Position numbers and translations under genes: made by a program
NCBI GenBank assembly: GCA_019459055.1
Contig: JAIBEI010000041.1
Span: forward strand, 863 to 64,862
Direction: 5' to 3'
Origin: Thiobacillus sp.
GTDB lineage: Bacteria > Pseudomonadota > Gammaproteobacteria > Burkholderiales > Thiobacillaceae
Length of the DNA: 64,000 nt
Notes under the pieces: model-generated
Told to the model about the DNA's origin: nothing
The model's input: the letters and a program-made list of their open reading frames with translations, nothing else
Databases searched by the model: none
Part shown: positions 1-12,838 of the stretch, in pieces
Layout: the number at the start of each line of letters is the position of its first letter
How positions within the stretch are numbered: the first letter of the stretch is position 1

Positions 1-1341
<1,341 letters not shown>

Positions 1342-1416
1342 AAGTGGCCTCGTGCTTAAGGTATATTTAATTCAATGTCACCCAAATGATGCCGTCTCAG
1401 GCGATTTCAACCCGCC

Positions 1417-2253
1417 ATGTCTGAATTGAATGTAGATCAGGTTTTGTCCGATGTCGCGCGCGCGCTGGCCGAGGACGTCGGCAGCGGCGACCTCACCGCC
1501 CTGCTCATCCCCGCGACGCAAACCGCGCACGCCCGCGTAATCAGCCGCGAAGCCGCGGTGATCGCCGGCCGGCCGTGGTTCGACGCCTGCTTTCAGACGC
1601 TCGACCTCGGTTGCGTCATCGACTGGAAGGTGAACGAGGGCGACGCCGTCGCCGCCGACAGCGTGTTGGTCGAGATCAGCGGCAACGCGCGGGCGCTGCT
1701 GACCGCCGAACGCCCGGCACTCAATTTCCTGCAGACCCTGTCGGCGGTGGCCACCGCCACCCGGCCCTATGTCGAGGCCGTGCGCGGCACCCATGCCGCC
1801 ATCCTCGACACCCGCAAAACCCTGCCTGGGCTGCGCATCGCCGAGAAATACGCGGTGCGGATCGGCGGCGGGCAGAACCAGCGCGCGGGGCTCTACGACG
1901 GCATCCTGATCAAGGAAAACCACATTGCGGCGGCGGGCGACATCGCGCAGGTGCTCAATGCGGCGTTCGAGCTGGCCGATGGCAAGGTCGGCGTGCAGAT
2001 CGAAGTGGAGAATATCGACGAGCTCGTCCAGGCGCTCTCTGCCGGCGCGCCGCTCATCCTGCTGGACAACTTCAGCCTCGCGGACATGCGCCGCGCGGTG
2101 CAGCTCACTCATGGCCGCGCCCTGCTCGAAGCCTCCGGCAACATCACGCTGGAGACCGTGCGCGTGGTGGCCGAAACCGGGGTCGACCGCATTTCCGTCG
2201 GCAGCCTCACCAAGCATATCCGCGCGGTCGACCTGTCGATGCGCATCGAATGA
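1417..2253 (+). CDS. nadC: Nicotinate-nucleotide diphosphorylase (carboxylating)
   Basis: ALAEDVGSGDLT, LLTAERPALNFLQ, ILDTRKTLPGLR, LIKENH and ILLDNF motifs. Confidence 0.97.
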   Translation: MSELNVDQVLSDVARALAEDVGSGDLTALLIPATQTAHARVISREAAVIAGRPWFDACFQTLDLGCVIDWKVNEGDAVAADSVLVEISGNARALLTAERPALNFLQTLSAVATATRPYVEAVRGTHAAILDTRKTLPGLRIAEKYAVRIGGGQNQRAGLYDGILIKENHIAAAGDIAQVLNAAFELADGKVGVQIEVENIDELVQALSAGAPLILLDNFSLADMRRAVQLTHGRALLEASGNITLETVRVVAETGVDRISVGSLTKHIRAVDLSMRIE

Positions 2254-2732
2254 TTGAAATCGTTCGCGTCCGCTACGACGACCCGGCGCACGCCGCCGCG
2301 CTGATCGGCCTGCTGGATGCCTACGCGCGCGATCCGGCAGGCGGCGGTGAGCCGCTGTCCGACTTCGCCCGCGCCAAACTGATTGCCGAACTCGCCGCGC
2401 GGCCCTTTATCTTCAGCGTGCTGGCGTTCGACGGCGGCACGCCGGTTGGCCTCGTCAACGCCATCGAGGGCTTTTCCACCTTTGCCTGCCGCCCGCTGGT
2501 CAACGTGCACGACGTGGTGGTCGCGCCCAGCCATCGCGGGCGAGGCATTGCGGCGCAGCTGTTTGCCGAGGTCGAGGCCATCGCCCGCGAACGCGGCGCC
2601 TGCAAGCTCACGCTCGAAGTGCTGGAGGGCAATGCGCCGGCCCGCGCGCTGTACCGGCGGCTCGGCTTTGCCGCTTACCAGCTCGACCCCGGCATGGGCG
2701 AAGCGCAGTTCCTGCAGAAATGGCTGGACTGA
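2250..2732 (+). CDS. GNAT family N-acetyltransferase
   Basis: The ATG overlaps the nadC stop (ATGA). Contains the acetyl-CoA motif VHDVVVAPSHRGRGIA and GNAPARALYRRLGF. Confidence 0.9.
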   Translation: MIEIVRVRYDDPAHAAALIGLLDAYARDPAGGGEPLSDFARAKLIAELAARPFIFSVLAFDGGTPVGLVNAIEGFSTFACRPLVNVHDVVVAPSHRGRGIAAQLFAEVEAIARERGACKLTLEVLEGNAPARALYRRLGFAAYQLDPGMGEAQFLQKWLD

Positions 2733-3580
2733 GGCAGGCATTCGTCGCGCTGGCGCTGGCATGGGCCGCGTGGCTGCCGCATCCGGCATGGAGCGACGCG
2801 CCGCCGTCCGCCCCGGCAATGCTGCTGGCCGAAGTGTACGCGGCCGACCTCGACGTCACGCAATACTGGGTCAGCGAAAAATTCGACGGCGTGCGCGCCC
2901 AGTGGGACGGCCGCACCCTGCACTTTCGCGGCGGCGGCACCGTTCCCGCGCCGGCGTGGTTTACCGCGGGTTTCCCGGCACAGCCGCTGGACGGGGAGTT
3001 GTGGATCGGGCGCGACCGCTTCGATGCGCTGTCGGGGACGGTGCGCAAGACCGAAGCCGTGGATGCCGGATGGCGGCAAATACGCTACCTGGTTTTCGAA
3101 CTGCCCGGCGCAGCGGGCGACTTCAGCGCACGCATCCGGCAGATGCAGACGATCGTCGAACTGGCTGCCGTGCCCTGGCTGCAAGCCGTCGAACAAACCC
3201 GCGTGGCCGACCGCGCCGCGCTGATGCAACGGCTCGACGCCGTGATGCGCGCGGGCGGCGAAGGCCTGATGCTGCACCGCGCCGACGCGCCCTATCTGAC
3301 CGGCCGCAGCGACGCGCTGCTGAAGCTGAAGCCGTGGCAGGACGCCGAGGCCATTGTGGTCGGCCATACGCCGGGCAAGGGGAAATACCAGGGCATGACC
3401 GGCGCGCTGCAGATGGCGATGCCGGACGGCAGGCGCTTCCGCCTCGGCAGCGGCCTCTCCGACGCGCTACGCCGCCAGCCGCCGCCCATCGGCACCCGCA
3501 TCACCTACCGCTACCAGCACCTCACGAAAAACGGCCTGCCGCGCTTCCCGCGCTACCTGCGGGTGCGGGAAGACTTCTAG
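2720..3580 (+). CDS. Minimal ATP-dependent DNA ligase with N-terminal signal peptide (Lig E type)
   Basis: Motif I SEKFDGVR, LDGELW, EGLML and LLKLKP, an OB-fold C-terminus (GTRITYRY..LTKNGLPRFPRY) and a hydrophobic N-terminal leader. Confidence 0.9.
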   Translation: MAGLRQAFVALALAWAAWLPHPAWSDAPPSAPAMLLAEVYAADLDVTQYWVSEKFDGVRAQWDGRTLHFRGGGTVPAPAWFTAGFPAQPLDGELWIGRDRFDALSGTVRKTEAVDAGWRQIRYLVFELPGAAGDFSARIRQMQTIVELAAVPWLQAVEQTRVADRAALMQRLDAVMRAGGEGLMLHRADAPYLTGRSDALLKLKPWQDAEAIVVGHTPGKGKYQGMTGALQMAMPDGRRFRLGSGLSDALRRQPPPIGTRITYRYQHLTKNGLPRFPRYLRVREDF

Positions 3581-3598
3581 AAAAACGCTGCCTTATTC

Positions 3599-3631
3599 TG
3601 TCATCGCGAGGTTCGCAGAGCCGTGGCGATT
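3599..3631 (+). repeat. CGTC-family REP-like imperfect palindrome
   Basis: TGTCATCGCGAGG-TTCGCAGAG-CCGTGGCGATT resembles the GTCATTGCGAG...GCAATC/GGCGATC REP type. It is intergenic, between convergent genes. Confidence 0.5.
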
Positions 3632-3635
3632 CACA

Positions 3636-3690
3636 GTGCGGACTCCGTGCACCGATTGATGCCCTGATAGGTGCACGGAGTGCACCCTAC
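3636..3690. repeat. REPIN-like doublet (GTAG family, GTAGGGTGCAC(T)CCGTGCACC), copy A
   Basis: Inverted pair CTCCGTGCACC...GGTGCACGGAGTGCACCCTAC around the spacer GATTGATGCCC, which is shared with 53272-53326. Confidence 0.8.
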
Positions 3691-3724
3691 TCCAAGCATC
3701 TCGCGCCCGAATGCACAATCGCGG

Positions 3725-4441
3725 TCATTCCAGCCAGATCAGCGCCGCCATGCGCCCGGTGACGCCGTCGCGGCGGTAGGAAAAGAAGCTGTCCGCTTCG
3801 CTGAAGGTGCAGCGCCCGCCGCCATGGATCGCCTGCACGCCGGCGTGCGCAAGGCGGATGCGCGCGAGCTGGTAGATGTCGGCGAGCCATTTGCCCGGTG
3901 TGGGCTGCGACGCAAAGGCCGCAGCCGCCTGCGGATGCTGCGCGACAAAGGCCTCGCGCACCTCGTCGCCCACCTCGAAGGCCTGCGGGCCGATGGCGGC
4001 ACCCATCCAGGCAAGGATTCCTTCCGGCGGCACCTGCATCGCGGCCACCGTGGCTTCCAGCACGCCGGCCGCCAGCCCGCGCCAGCCGGCATGCGCGGCG
4101 GCAACGACACTGCCGGCGCGGTCGCACAGCAGCACCGGCAGACAGTCGGCGGTGAGCACGGCACAGACCTGCCCGGACTCGCGGGTGAACGACGCGTCGG
4201 CTTCGGGATTCGGCTCGCGCCCGAGTTCGACCACCCGTGCGCTGTGCACTTGTCTTAGCCAGCCCGGCCCGGCCGGCAGCTGCCGGCGCAGGCGCGCGCG
4301 GTTGGCCGCGACGTGGAGCGGATCGTCGCCGACGTGGTCGCCGAGGTTGAGGCTGGTCCACGACGCCTGGCTCACACCGCCTTCGCGGGTGGTCATCAGG
4401 CATTTCACCCGGGCGGGCGCGGGCCAGTCGGGCTGGATCAT
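3725..4441 (-). CDS. pgeF: Peptidoglycan editing factor / purine nucleoside phosphorylase PgeF (YfiH)
   Basis: SLNLGDHVGD, WLRQVHS, VLTADCLPVLL, AAAHAGWRGL and FFSYRRDGVTGRMA; lies downstream of rluD. Confidence 0.95.
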   Translation of the reverse strand: MIQPDWPAPARVKCLMTTREGGVSQASWTSLNLGDHVGDDPLHVAANRARLRRQLPAGPGWLRQVHSARVVELGREPNPEADASFTRESGQVCAVLTADCLPVLLCDRAGSVVAAAHAGWRGLAAGVLEATVAAMQVPPEGILAWMGAAIGPQAFEVGDEVREAFVAQHPQAAAAFASQPTPGKWLADIYQLARIRLAHAGVQAIHGGGRCTFSEADSFFSYRRDGVTGRMAALIWLE

Positions 4442-4445
4442 CCGC

Positions 4446-5423
4446 TCAGGCTTCCCAGACGGTGTCCTCGCGCAGGGCGTGCAGAAGCGAGGCGAAATCG
4501 GGCGGCAGGGGACATTCCCACTGCATGAATTCCTGGGTGACCGGATGGATCAGGCCCAGCCTTTCGGCGTGCAGCGCCTGGCGCGGGAACGGGGTCTTGT
4601 GATGGTTGCGGCGGCTGGCGCCGTATATCGACTCGCCGACCAGCGGATGGCCGATGTGCTGCATGTGCACCCGGATCTGATGGGTGCGCCCGGTTTCCAG
4701 CTTGCAGCGCAGCAGGGTGACGCCGGGAAAGCGCTCGACCACTTCGTAATGCGTGACCGCTTCCTTGCCCATGCTGTGCACGGTGCGCTTGATGCGGTTG
4801 TGGGGATCGCGCGCCAGCGGTGCATTGACGGTACCGCCGTGATCGACCTCGCCATACACCAGGGCCAGGTATTCGCGCTTGACGGTGCGCGCCTGCAGCT
4901 GGCGCACCAGGTCGGTGTGCGACATGAGCGTTTTGGCAACGACCAGCAGGCCCGAGGTGTCCTTGTCGAGCCGGTGCACGATGCCGGCGCGCGGCAGTTC
5001 GGCCACCTGCGGCACCCGGTGCAGCAGGGCGTTCAGCAGCGTGCCGTGGCGGTTGCCGCTGCCGGGATGGACCACCAGACCGGCCGGCTTGTTGATCACC
5101 AGCAGCACCGGATCCTCGAACACCACGTCGAGCGGGATGGCCTCGGGCGCATCGGGCGTGGCGTTGGGGTCGGGCTCGATCTCGACCCGAACCGACTCGC
5201 CGCCGCTGACCTTCATCCGGGTGGTGCCCCAGGCATCGTCCACCGCGATCTTGCGTGCGCGGATCCAGTTCTGGATGCGGTTGCGCGAAAACTCGGGCAG
5301 CAAGGCGGACAAGGCCTGATCCAGGCGCTGGCCGCCCTGCTCGTCGGGGATCACCAGCTTGCGGATGTCCCCCTCCGGATTTCCCTTATAATCAGTCGAC
5401 GAATTTTCTGTGTCTTTTTCCAT
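4446..5423 (-). CDS. rluD: 23S rRNA pseudouridine(1911/1915/1917) synthase
   Basis: S4 domain (RLDQAL...SRNRIQNWI), GIVHRLDKDTSGLL, LETGRTHQIRVH and RQALHA. The start was chosen at MEKDTENS. Confidence 0.95.
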   Translation of the reverse strand: MEKDTENSSTDYKGNPEGDIRKLVIPDEQGGQRLDQALSALLPEFSRNRIQNWIRARKIAVDDAWGTTRMKVSGGESVRVEIEPDPNATPDAPEAIPLDVVFEDPVLLVINKPAGLVVHPGSGNRHGTLLNALLHRVPQVAELPRAGIVHRLDKDTSGLLVVAKTLMSHTDLVRQLQARTVKREYLALVYGEVDHGGTVNAPLARDPHNRIKRTVHSMGKEAVTHYEVVERFPGVTLLRCKLETGRTHQIRVHMQHIGHPLVGESIYGASRRNHHKTPFPRQALHAERLGLIHPVTQEFMQWECPLPPDFASLLHALREDTVWEA

Positions 5424-6249
5424 GCTCAAGCAATGTTCTTCCGGTTCCAATGCATTCAATCGGGTGGTAAGCCTCGTGCTGCTGGCCGCCACGCTTGCCC
5501 TGGGGGGCTGCGGCCTGCTGCCCGAGGTCAAGGACGAGACCTCGGGCTGGTCGGCGCAAAAGCTTTACGCCGAGGCCAAGGATAATCTCAACAGCGGCAA
5601 TTACGAACGCGCGGTCAAGCTATTCGAGACGCTGGAGTCGCGCTACCCCTTCGGCCGCTATGCGCAGCAGGCGCAACTGGAAGTGGCCTACGCCTATTAC
5701 AAGGACAACGAGCCGATTTCCGCGATTGCCGCGTGCGACCGCTTCATCAAGCTGCATCCGAATCACCCGAACGTCGACTACGCATACTACCTGAAGGGCC
5801 TGGCGAATTTTAACGACGACCTCGGCCTGCTGGGGAATCTTGTCAATCAGGACCTGAGCGAGCGCGATCCCCGGGCGGCGCGCGATGCGTTCCTGGCGTT
5901 CAAGGAACTGGTCACCCGCTTCCCCGACAGCAAATACGCCGCCGACTCGACCGCGCGCATGAAATACCTGGTCAACGCGCTGGCCAGCAACGAAGTGCAC
6001 GTCGCCAAATACTACATGAAACGCAAAGCCTGGGTCGCTGCTGCCAACCGCGCCAAGGAAGTGCTGAAAACCTACCCCGAAGCCCCTGCGCTGGAAGAAG
6101 CGCTGGCGATCATGGTCGTGGCCTACGACAAGCTGGAACTCGTCGCGCTGCGCGACGATGCGCAGCGCGTGCTGAATCTCAACTTCCCCGACAGCCAATA
6201 CGCCAAGGGCGTCAGCACCGAAGGCAAGGCCTGGTACCGCTTCTGGTAA
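5422..6249 (+). CDS. bamD: Outer membrane protein assembly lipoprotein BamD (start uncertain: ATG 5422 or GTG 5464)
   Basis: Lipobox LGGC, TPR-like LESRYPFGRYAQQAQLEVAYAYY, FIKLHPNHPNVDYAYY and AAANRA; divergent from rluD. Confidence 0.95.
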   Translation: MLKQCSSGSNAFNRVVSLVLLAATLALGGCGLLPEVKDETSGWSAQKLYAEAKDNLNSGNYERAVKLFETLESRYPFGRYAQQAQLEVAYAYYKDNEPISAIAACDRFIKLHPNHPNVDYAYYLKGLANFNDDLGLLGNLVNQDLSERDPRAARDAFLAFKELVTRFPDSKYAADSTARMKYLVNALASNEVHVAKYYMKRKAWVAAANRAKEVLKTYPEAPALEEALAIMVVAYDKLELVALRDDAQRVLNLNFPDSQYAKGVSTEGKAWYRFW

Positions 6250-6260
6250 GTCCGGCTCAG

Positions 6261-6284
6261 CGGCAGCCGAGCTTGCTGCCGTTT
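6261..6284 (+). terminator. Probable intrinsic terminator of bamD
   Basis: CGGCAGC-7nt-GCTGCCG followed by TTT, 11 nt after the stop. Confidence 0.5.
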
Positions 6285-6547
6285 CAACAAGAACCGGCTC
6301 TTCGCGAGCCGGGTCCGCCTCAGATTCCTTGTCCTATTTTCGCTGCGCATGATGTGCTTCGCGCCTCAGTGCCTGCATGCGAGCCTGGCCCCGCACCGAG
6401 CGGAGTGTCGATTTTGCAGCCTGCCCCAGGCGGCGAGGTGCAGGGCGGAGGAGACGACAGCAGCGTGGCCGTGTGCAGGTGTCACGGCGAGTGACGCCGG
6501 GAATGCCCGCTACGCGCCCGAACGCACCATCGGGCGCGCCCAAAACA

Positions 6548-8496
<1,949 letters not shown>

Positions 8497-8506
8497 CGGG
8501 CGGGCA

Positions 8507-9382
8507 TCATCGGGCCGCAAGCGCCTGCTGCACCGCCTCGCCCAGCCCGGCCGGGCTTTGCGCGACGACCACGCCGGCGGCCTCGAGCGCGCTGATCTTG
8601 GCGTCCGCCGTTCCCGCGCCGCCGGCGATGATCGCGCCGGCATGCCCCATGCGCTTGCCCTTGGGCGCGGTGCGCCCGGCGATGTAGGCGGCGACCGGCT
8701 TCTTCATGTGGGAGCGGATGTACTCGGCCGCTTCCTCCTCGCGGCTGCCGCCGATCTCGCCGACCAGGATCACCGCGGAGGTTTCCGGGTCGGCCTCGAA
8801 CAGTTCGAGGCAATCGATGAAATCCAGCCCCTTGATCGGATCGCCGCCGATGCCGACGCAGGTCGACTGCCCCAGCCCCAGTTGCGTGGTCTGGTGCACC
8901 GCCTCGTAGGTCAGCGTGCCGGAGCGCGAGACGATGCCGATGCTGCCCTTCTGGTGGATGATGCCGGGCATGATGCCGATCTTGCACTCGCCCGAGGTGA
9001 TGATGCCGGGGCAGTTGGGGCCGATCAGCCTGGCGCCGTTGGCACGCAAGGCCGCCTTCACATTCAGCATGTCCAGCACCGGAATGCCTTCGGTGATGCA
9101 GACGATGACTTCAATGCCGGCATCCGCCGCTTCCAGAATCGAGTCCGCGGCGAACGCGGCCGGCACGTAGATCATCGTCGCCTGCGCGCCGGTCTGCCGC
9201 ACTGCGTCGCGCACGGTGTTGAATACGGGCAGGTCGAGGTGCGTCTGCCCGCCCTTGCCCGGCGTCACGCCGCCGACCATTTTTGTGCCGTAGGCGATCG
9301 CCTGTTCGGAATGGAAGCTGCCCTGCTTGCCGGTGAAACCCTGGCAAATCACTTTTGTGTTTTTATCGACGAGGATGCTCAT
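8507..9382 (-). CDS. sucD: Succinate--CoA ligase alpha subunit
   Basis: [38 protein letters not shown] and [10 protein letters not shown]. Confidence 0.95.
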   Translation of the reverse strand: MSILVDKNTKVICQGFTGKQGSFHSEQAIAYGTKMVGGVTPGKGGQTHLDLPVFNTVRDAVRQTGAQATMIYVPAAFAADSILEAADAGIEVIVCITEGIPVLDMLNVKAALRANGARLIGPNCPGIITSGECKIGIMPGIIHQKGSIGIVSRSGTLTYEAVHQTTQLGLGQSTCVGIGGDPIKGLDFIDCLELFEADPETSAVILVGEIGGSREEEAAEYIRSHMKKPVAAYIAGRTAPKGKRMGHAGAIIAGGAGTADAKISALEAAGVVVAQSPAGLGEAVQQALAAR

Positions 9383-10539
9383 GCTGCTTTCTCCACGGCG
9401 AGCTTGGCTGCGTGCGTGAGGCTCTCGGCCGCCAGGATCGCCAGGCCCGATTCGGCCAGCAATTTGCGGCCCAGCTCGGCATTGGTGCCTTCCAGCCGCA
9501 CCACCACCGGCACCTTCACGCCAACGTCCTTCACCGCCTGGATGATGCCCTCGGCGATCACATCGCAGCGCACGATGCCGCCGAAGATGTTGATCAGCAC
9601 CGCACGCACGTTGGGGTCGAGCAGGATGATCTTGAAGCCCTGCGCCACCGTCTCGGGGGTGGCGCCGCCGCCGACGTCGAGAAAGTTGGCGGGTGTGCCG
9701 CCTTCGAGCTGGATCAGGTCCATCGTCGCCATCGCGAGGCCCGCGCCGTTGACCATGCAGCCGATGTTGCCGGTCAGCGCGACGTAGTTCACATTGGCCG
9801 CGTTGGCCGCCGCTTCCTTGGCGTCGATCTGGCTGTCGTCGCGCAGTTCGGCCAGGCTCTTACGGCGGTACAGCGCGTTGTCGTCGACGCTCATCTTGCA
9901 GTCGAGCGGCAGCACGCGGTTGTCGGTCGTCACCACCAGCGGATTGATTTCGAGCAGGCTCAAATCATTACCGACGAACACGCGATACAGCTGCGGCAGC
10001 AGGCGGCAGAAATCCTTGTAGGCTTCGCCCGTCAGCGCCAGCGCGAAGGCCAGCGCGCGGCACTGGAAGTCCTGCACGCCCAGCAGCGGATCGCAGGTCT
10101 CCGTCAGCACCTTTTCCGGGGTGGCGTGGGCGACTTCCTCGATGTCCATGCCGCCGGCGGCGGAAGCCACGATGGCGACGCGCTCGGTCTCGCGGTCGAC
10201 CAGCAAAGAGAGATACAGCTCGCGTGCGATCGGCAGCGTTTCTTCGACCAGCACCTGGTTCACCGGCTGGCCGTCAGGCGCGTTCTGGTTGGTCACCAGC
10301 GGCTTGCCGAGCAGCGATTCGGCCATCGCGCGCACGTCGTCCAGGCGCTTGACGAGCTTGACGCCGCCCACTTTGCCGCGCCCGCCGGCGTGGATCTGCG
10401 CCTTCACCACCCAGGCCTCGCCGCCCAGCTCGCTGGCGGCTTCTACTGCGGCCTCGGCACTCGCTGCAGCGATGCCGCGCGGCGTGTTAATGTTGCCCGA
10501 CCGCAATATTTGTTTGGCCTGATATTCATGCAGGTTCAT
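9379..10539 (-). CDS. sucC: Succinate--CoA ligase beta subunit
   Basis: [44 protein letters not shown] and [12 protein letters not shown]. Confidence 0.95.
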   Translation of the reverse strand: MNLHEYQAKQILRSGNINTPRGIAAASAEAAVEAASELGGEAWVVKAQIHAGGRGKVGGVKLVKRLDDVRAMAESLLGKPLVTNQNAPDGQPVNQVLVEETLPIARELYLSLLVDRETERVAIVASAAGGMDIEEVAHATPEKVLTETCDPLLGVQDFQCRALAFALALTGEAYKDFCRLLPQLYRVFVGNDLSLLEINPLVVTTDNRVLPLDCKMSVDDNALYRRKSLAELRDDSQIDAKEAAANAANVNYVALTGNIGCMVNGAGLAMATMDLIQLEGGTPANFLDVGGGATPETVAQGFKIILLDPNVRAVLINIFGGIVRCDVIAEGIIQAVKDVGVKVPVVVRLEGTNAELGRKLLAESGLAILAAESLTHAAKLAVEKAA

Positions 10540-10549
10540 TTGTTTTTCG

Positions 10550-11737
10550 ATGGAAGCTCGCCAAAACGTGCATTTTGAAGCAAAGCCCCCCGCGACGGAA
10601 GCCGAAGCCGCAGAAACAGTCGTCCGCGTCGTGACGCGCATGGCGGATCTGCCGGCCGACGCCTGGAACGCCCTGGCGGGCGATTCGCCCTTCGTTCAGC
10701 ACGCCTTCCTCGATGCGCTGGAAGCCACCGGTTGCGTCGGCGCCCCCATCGGCTGGGAGCCGGTGCACCTGGTCCTGTTCAGAAACGGCCAGCTCGACGC
10801 CGCGATGCCGCTCTACGTCAAGCACCACTCCTGGGGCGAATTCGTGTTCGACTGGGCCTGGGCCGACGCCTACCGCCGTCAAGGCTTGGCCTACTACCCC
10901 AAGCTGGTCTGCTGCGTGCCCTTTTCGCCGGTGCCCGGCCCGCGCCTGCTGGCAAAAAACGACGCCGACCGCGCCACGCTGGTCCAGGCGGCGTTGAAGC
11001 TCACCCGGGATTTGAATTGCTCGTCATTCCACATCCTGTTTCCCACCGAGCCCGATCATGCCGCGCTCAATGCGACGTCACTGCTGCACCGCAGCGGCTT
11101 CCAGTTCCACTGGCACAACACGGGCTACGGCAGCTTCGACGACTTCCTCGCCGCGATGACGCACGACAAGCGCAAGAAGATCCGCCAGGAAAGGAAGAAG
11201 CTCGCCAATCTGGGGGTGACATTTCGCTGGGTGGGCGGCACGGAGAGCACCGATGCCGACTGGGACCATTTCTACCGCTGCTACGCCGACACCTACGCCC
11301 GCCACCGCAGCGAGCCGCATCTCAACCGCGCTTTCTTCGCCGCGCTACGCGAGGCGATGCCGGACAATCTGCTGCTCATCGTTGCGGACAAGGACGGCAT
11401 TCCCACCGCCTGCTCGTTCTGCATCAAGGATGAAAAAAGGTTGTATGGCCGCCACTGGGGCACGCTGGAATACGTGCCCGGCCTGCATTTCGAGACCTGC
11501 TACCAGCAGGGCATCGAATACGCGATCGCGCACGGCCTGCAGGTTTTCGAAGGCGGCGCGCAGGGCGAACACAAGCTCGCGCGCGGCCTGGTTCCGACCG
11601 CCACGCATTCCTGGCACTGGCTGGAAAATGATGAATTCCGCAAGGCGGTCGACCGTTTCCTGGAACGCGAAACCGACGCCATCGACCACTACATGGACGA
11701 GCTCGACGGGCCCTTCCGCCGCGAGCCGCCCGGCTGA
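10550..11737 (+). CDS. DUF482 / FemAB-related GNAT-fold protein
   Basis: YVKHHSWGEFVFDWAWADAY, YYPKL, PFSPVPGPRLL, LYGRHWG, LHFETCYQQGIEYAI and FEGGAQGEHKLARG. Confidence 0.88.
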   Translation: MEARQNVHFEAKPPATEAEAAETVVRVVTRMADLPADAWNALAGDSPFVQHAFLDALEATGCVGAPIGWEPVHLVLFRNGQLDAAMPLYVKHHSWGEFVFDWAWADAYRRQGLAYYPKLVCCVPFSPVPGPRLLAKNDADRATLVQAALKLTRDLNCSSFHILFPTEPDHAALNATSLLHRSGFQFHWHNTGYGSFDDFLAAMTHDKRKKIRQERKKLANLGVTFRWVGGTESTDADWDHFYRCYADTYARHRSEPHLNRAFFAALREAMPDNLLLIVADKDGIPTACSFCIKDEKRLYGRHWGTLEYVPGLHFETCYQQGIEYAIAHGLQVFEGGAQGEHKLARGLVPTATHSWHWLENDEFRKAVDRFLERETDAIDHYMDELDGPFRREPPG

Positions 11738-11739
11738 GA

Positions 11740-12741
11740 TCAGACCAGAACGGCGGTCAGATAGGTCACGTACAGGGCGCCGTTGACGAGCAGGTGCCAC
11801 ACGCGCAGGCCGCCGTTCAGCACGGCCCAGCGCAGCCAGAACGCCGCGACCAGTGTGATCACCACGCCCAGCAGCACTTCCTTTTGCGGCGCCCACGGCG
11901 TCAGCGAAATACCAATGGCGGGCAACAGCGTGCCCTGGAACACCATCGCGCCGGTGATGTTGCCGAAGGCCAGGGTGTCCTTGCGTTTGCGGATCCACAG
12001 GATTGAATTCACCTTTTCCGGCAGTTCGGTCGCGATCGGAATGATCAGCAGCGACAGCAGCAACGCGGAAATGCCGATGATGGGGGCGGCAGCTTCCACG
12101 CCGTGGATGAAGCCCTTGGCGCCGGTGACCAGCAACGCCAGCCCCAGCGCCAGTTGCACCAGGATGAACAACAGGTTCTGCGGCAGGCCCAGGCGGCTCA
12201 GCAGCATCGGCGAACCGGCCTCGGTGGCGTGGCCATCTTCCACCAGCCCCGCCGAGGCGCGCAGGGTCAGCATCACGTAAACGAAGTAGATCGTCACCAT
12301 GCCGAAGGCCATCGCGCCGCGTACCCAACCCTCGCCATGCGGAACGAACATGGCGACGAAGGCCAGCACGAACGCCATCAGGAAGAAGTCCAGGTCACGC
12401 TTGAGCCCGGTCTTCTCGGGCGTAAAGTGGCCCAGCAGGCCGCGCCGCTTCACCACTGCCACGCTCATCAGGAACAGCGTCAGCGTCGACAGCATCAGCG
12501 GCGCGCCGAGAATCGCGCCGACGCCAATTTCCTGATTGACTGCTGCGTTGCCGGTGCCGGCGAAGATCGCCAGCAGCGGCACCAGGGTTTCCGGCATGGC
12601 GGTGCCGACCGCGGCAAACAGCGAGCCGGTCACGCCTTCCGAGATTTTGAGTTTTTCGCCCAGGTGTTCGAGCGCGTTGACAAAGATTTCCGCCGCCACC
12701 AGGATGAGCAGCAGATAACCGAAGAGTTCGAGAAACAGCAT
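11740..12741 (-). CDS. Sodium:calcium antiporter family membrane protein
   Basis: Two alpha-repeats (GSLFAAVGTAMPE; IIPIATELPEKVNS...AFGNITG) and many transmembrane segments. Confidence 0.88.
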   Translation of the reverse strand: MLFLELFGYLLLILVAAEIFVNALEHLGEKLKISEGVTGSLFAAVGTAMPETLVPLLAIFAGTGNAAVNQEIGVGAILGAPLMLSTLTLFLMSVAVVKRRGLLGHFTPEKTGLKRDLDFFLMAFVLAFVAMFVPHGEGWVRGAMAFGMVTIYFVYVMLTLRASAGLVEDGHATEAGSPMLLSRLGLPQNLLFILVQLALGLALLVTGAKGFIHGVEAAAPIIGISALLLSLLIIPIATELPEKVNSILWIRKRKDTLAFGNITGAMVFQGTLLPAIGISLTPWAPQKEVLLGVVITLVAAFWLRWAVLNGGLRVWHLLVNGALYVTYLTAVLV

Positions 12742-12838
12742 GAGCGCCAGCCAGGAGGAAAGCCGCGATTCTAGCAGCCCGGATGCTTCCGCCCTATCCG
12801 CTTTTTCACCCCTGGCCGAAGGCGGTTCTCACCCCTGA

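Noticed and set aside
1388-1400. ATGCCGTCTCA resembling the Neisseria DNA uptake sequence
   Set aside because: It is mismatched and no enrichment was seen in the window.
1384-1410. Possible sigma32 promoter for clpB (TTGAAA ... CATCATTT on the minus strand)
   Set aside because: The -10 element matches CCCCAT poorly, so it is too weak to call.
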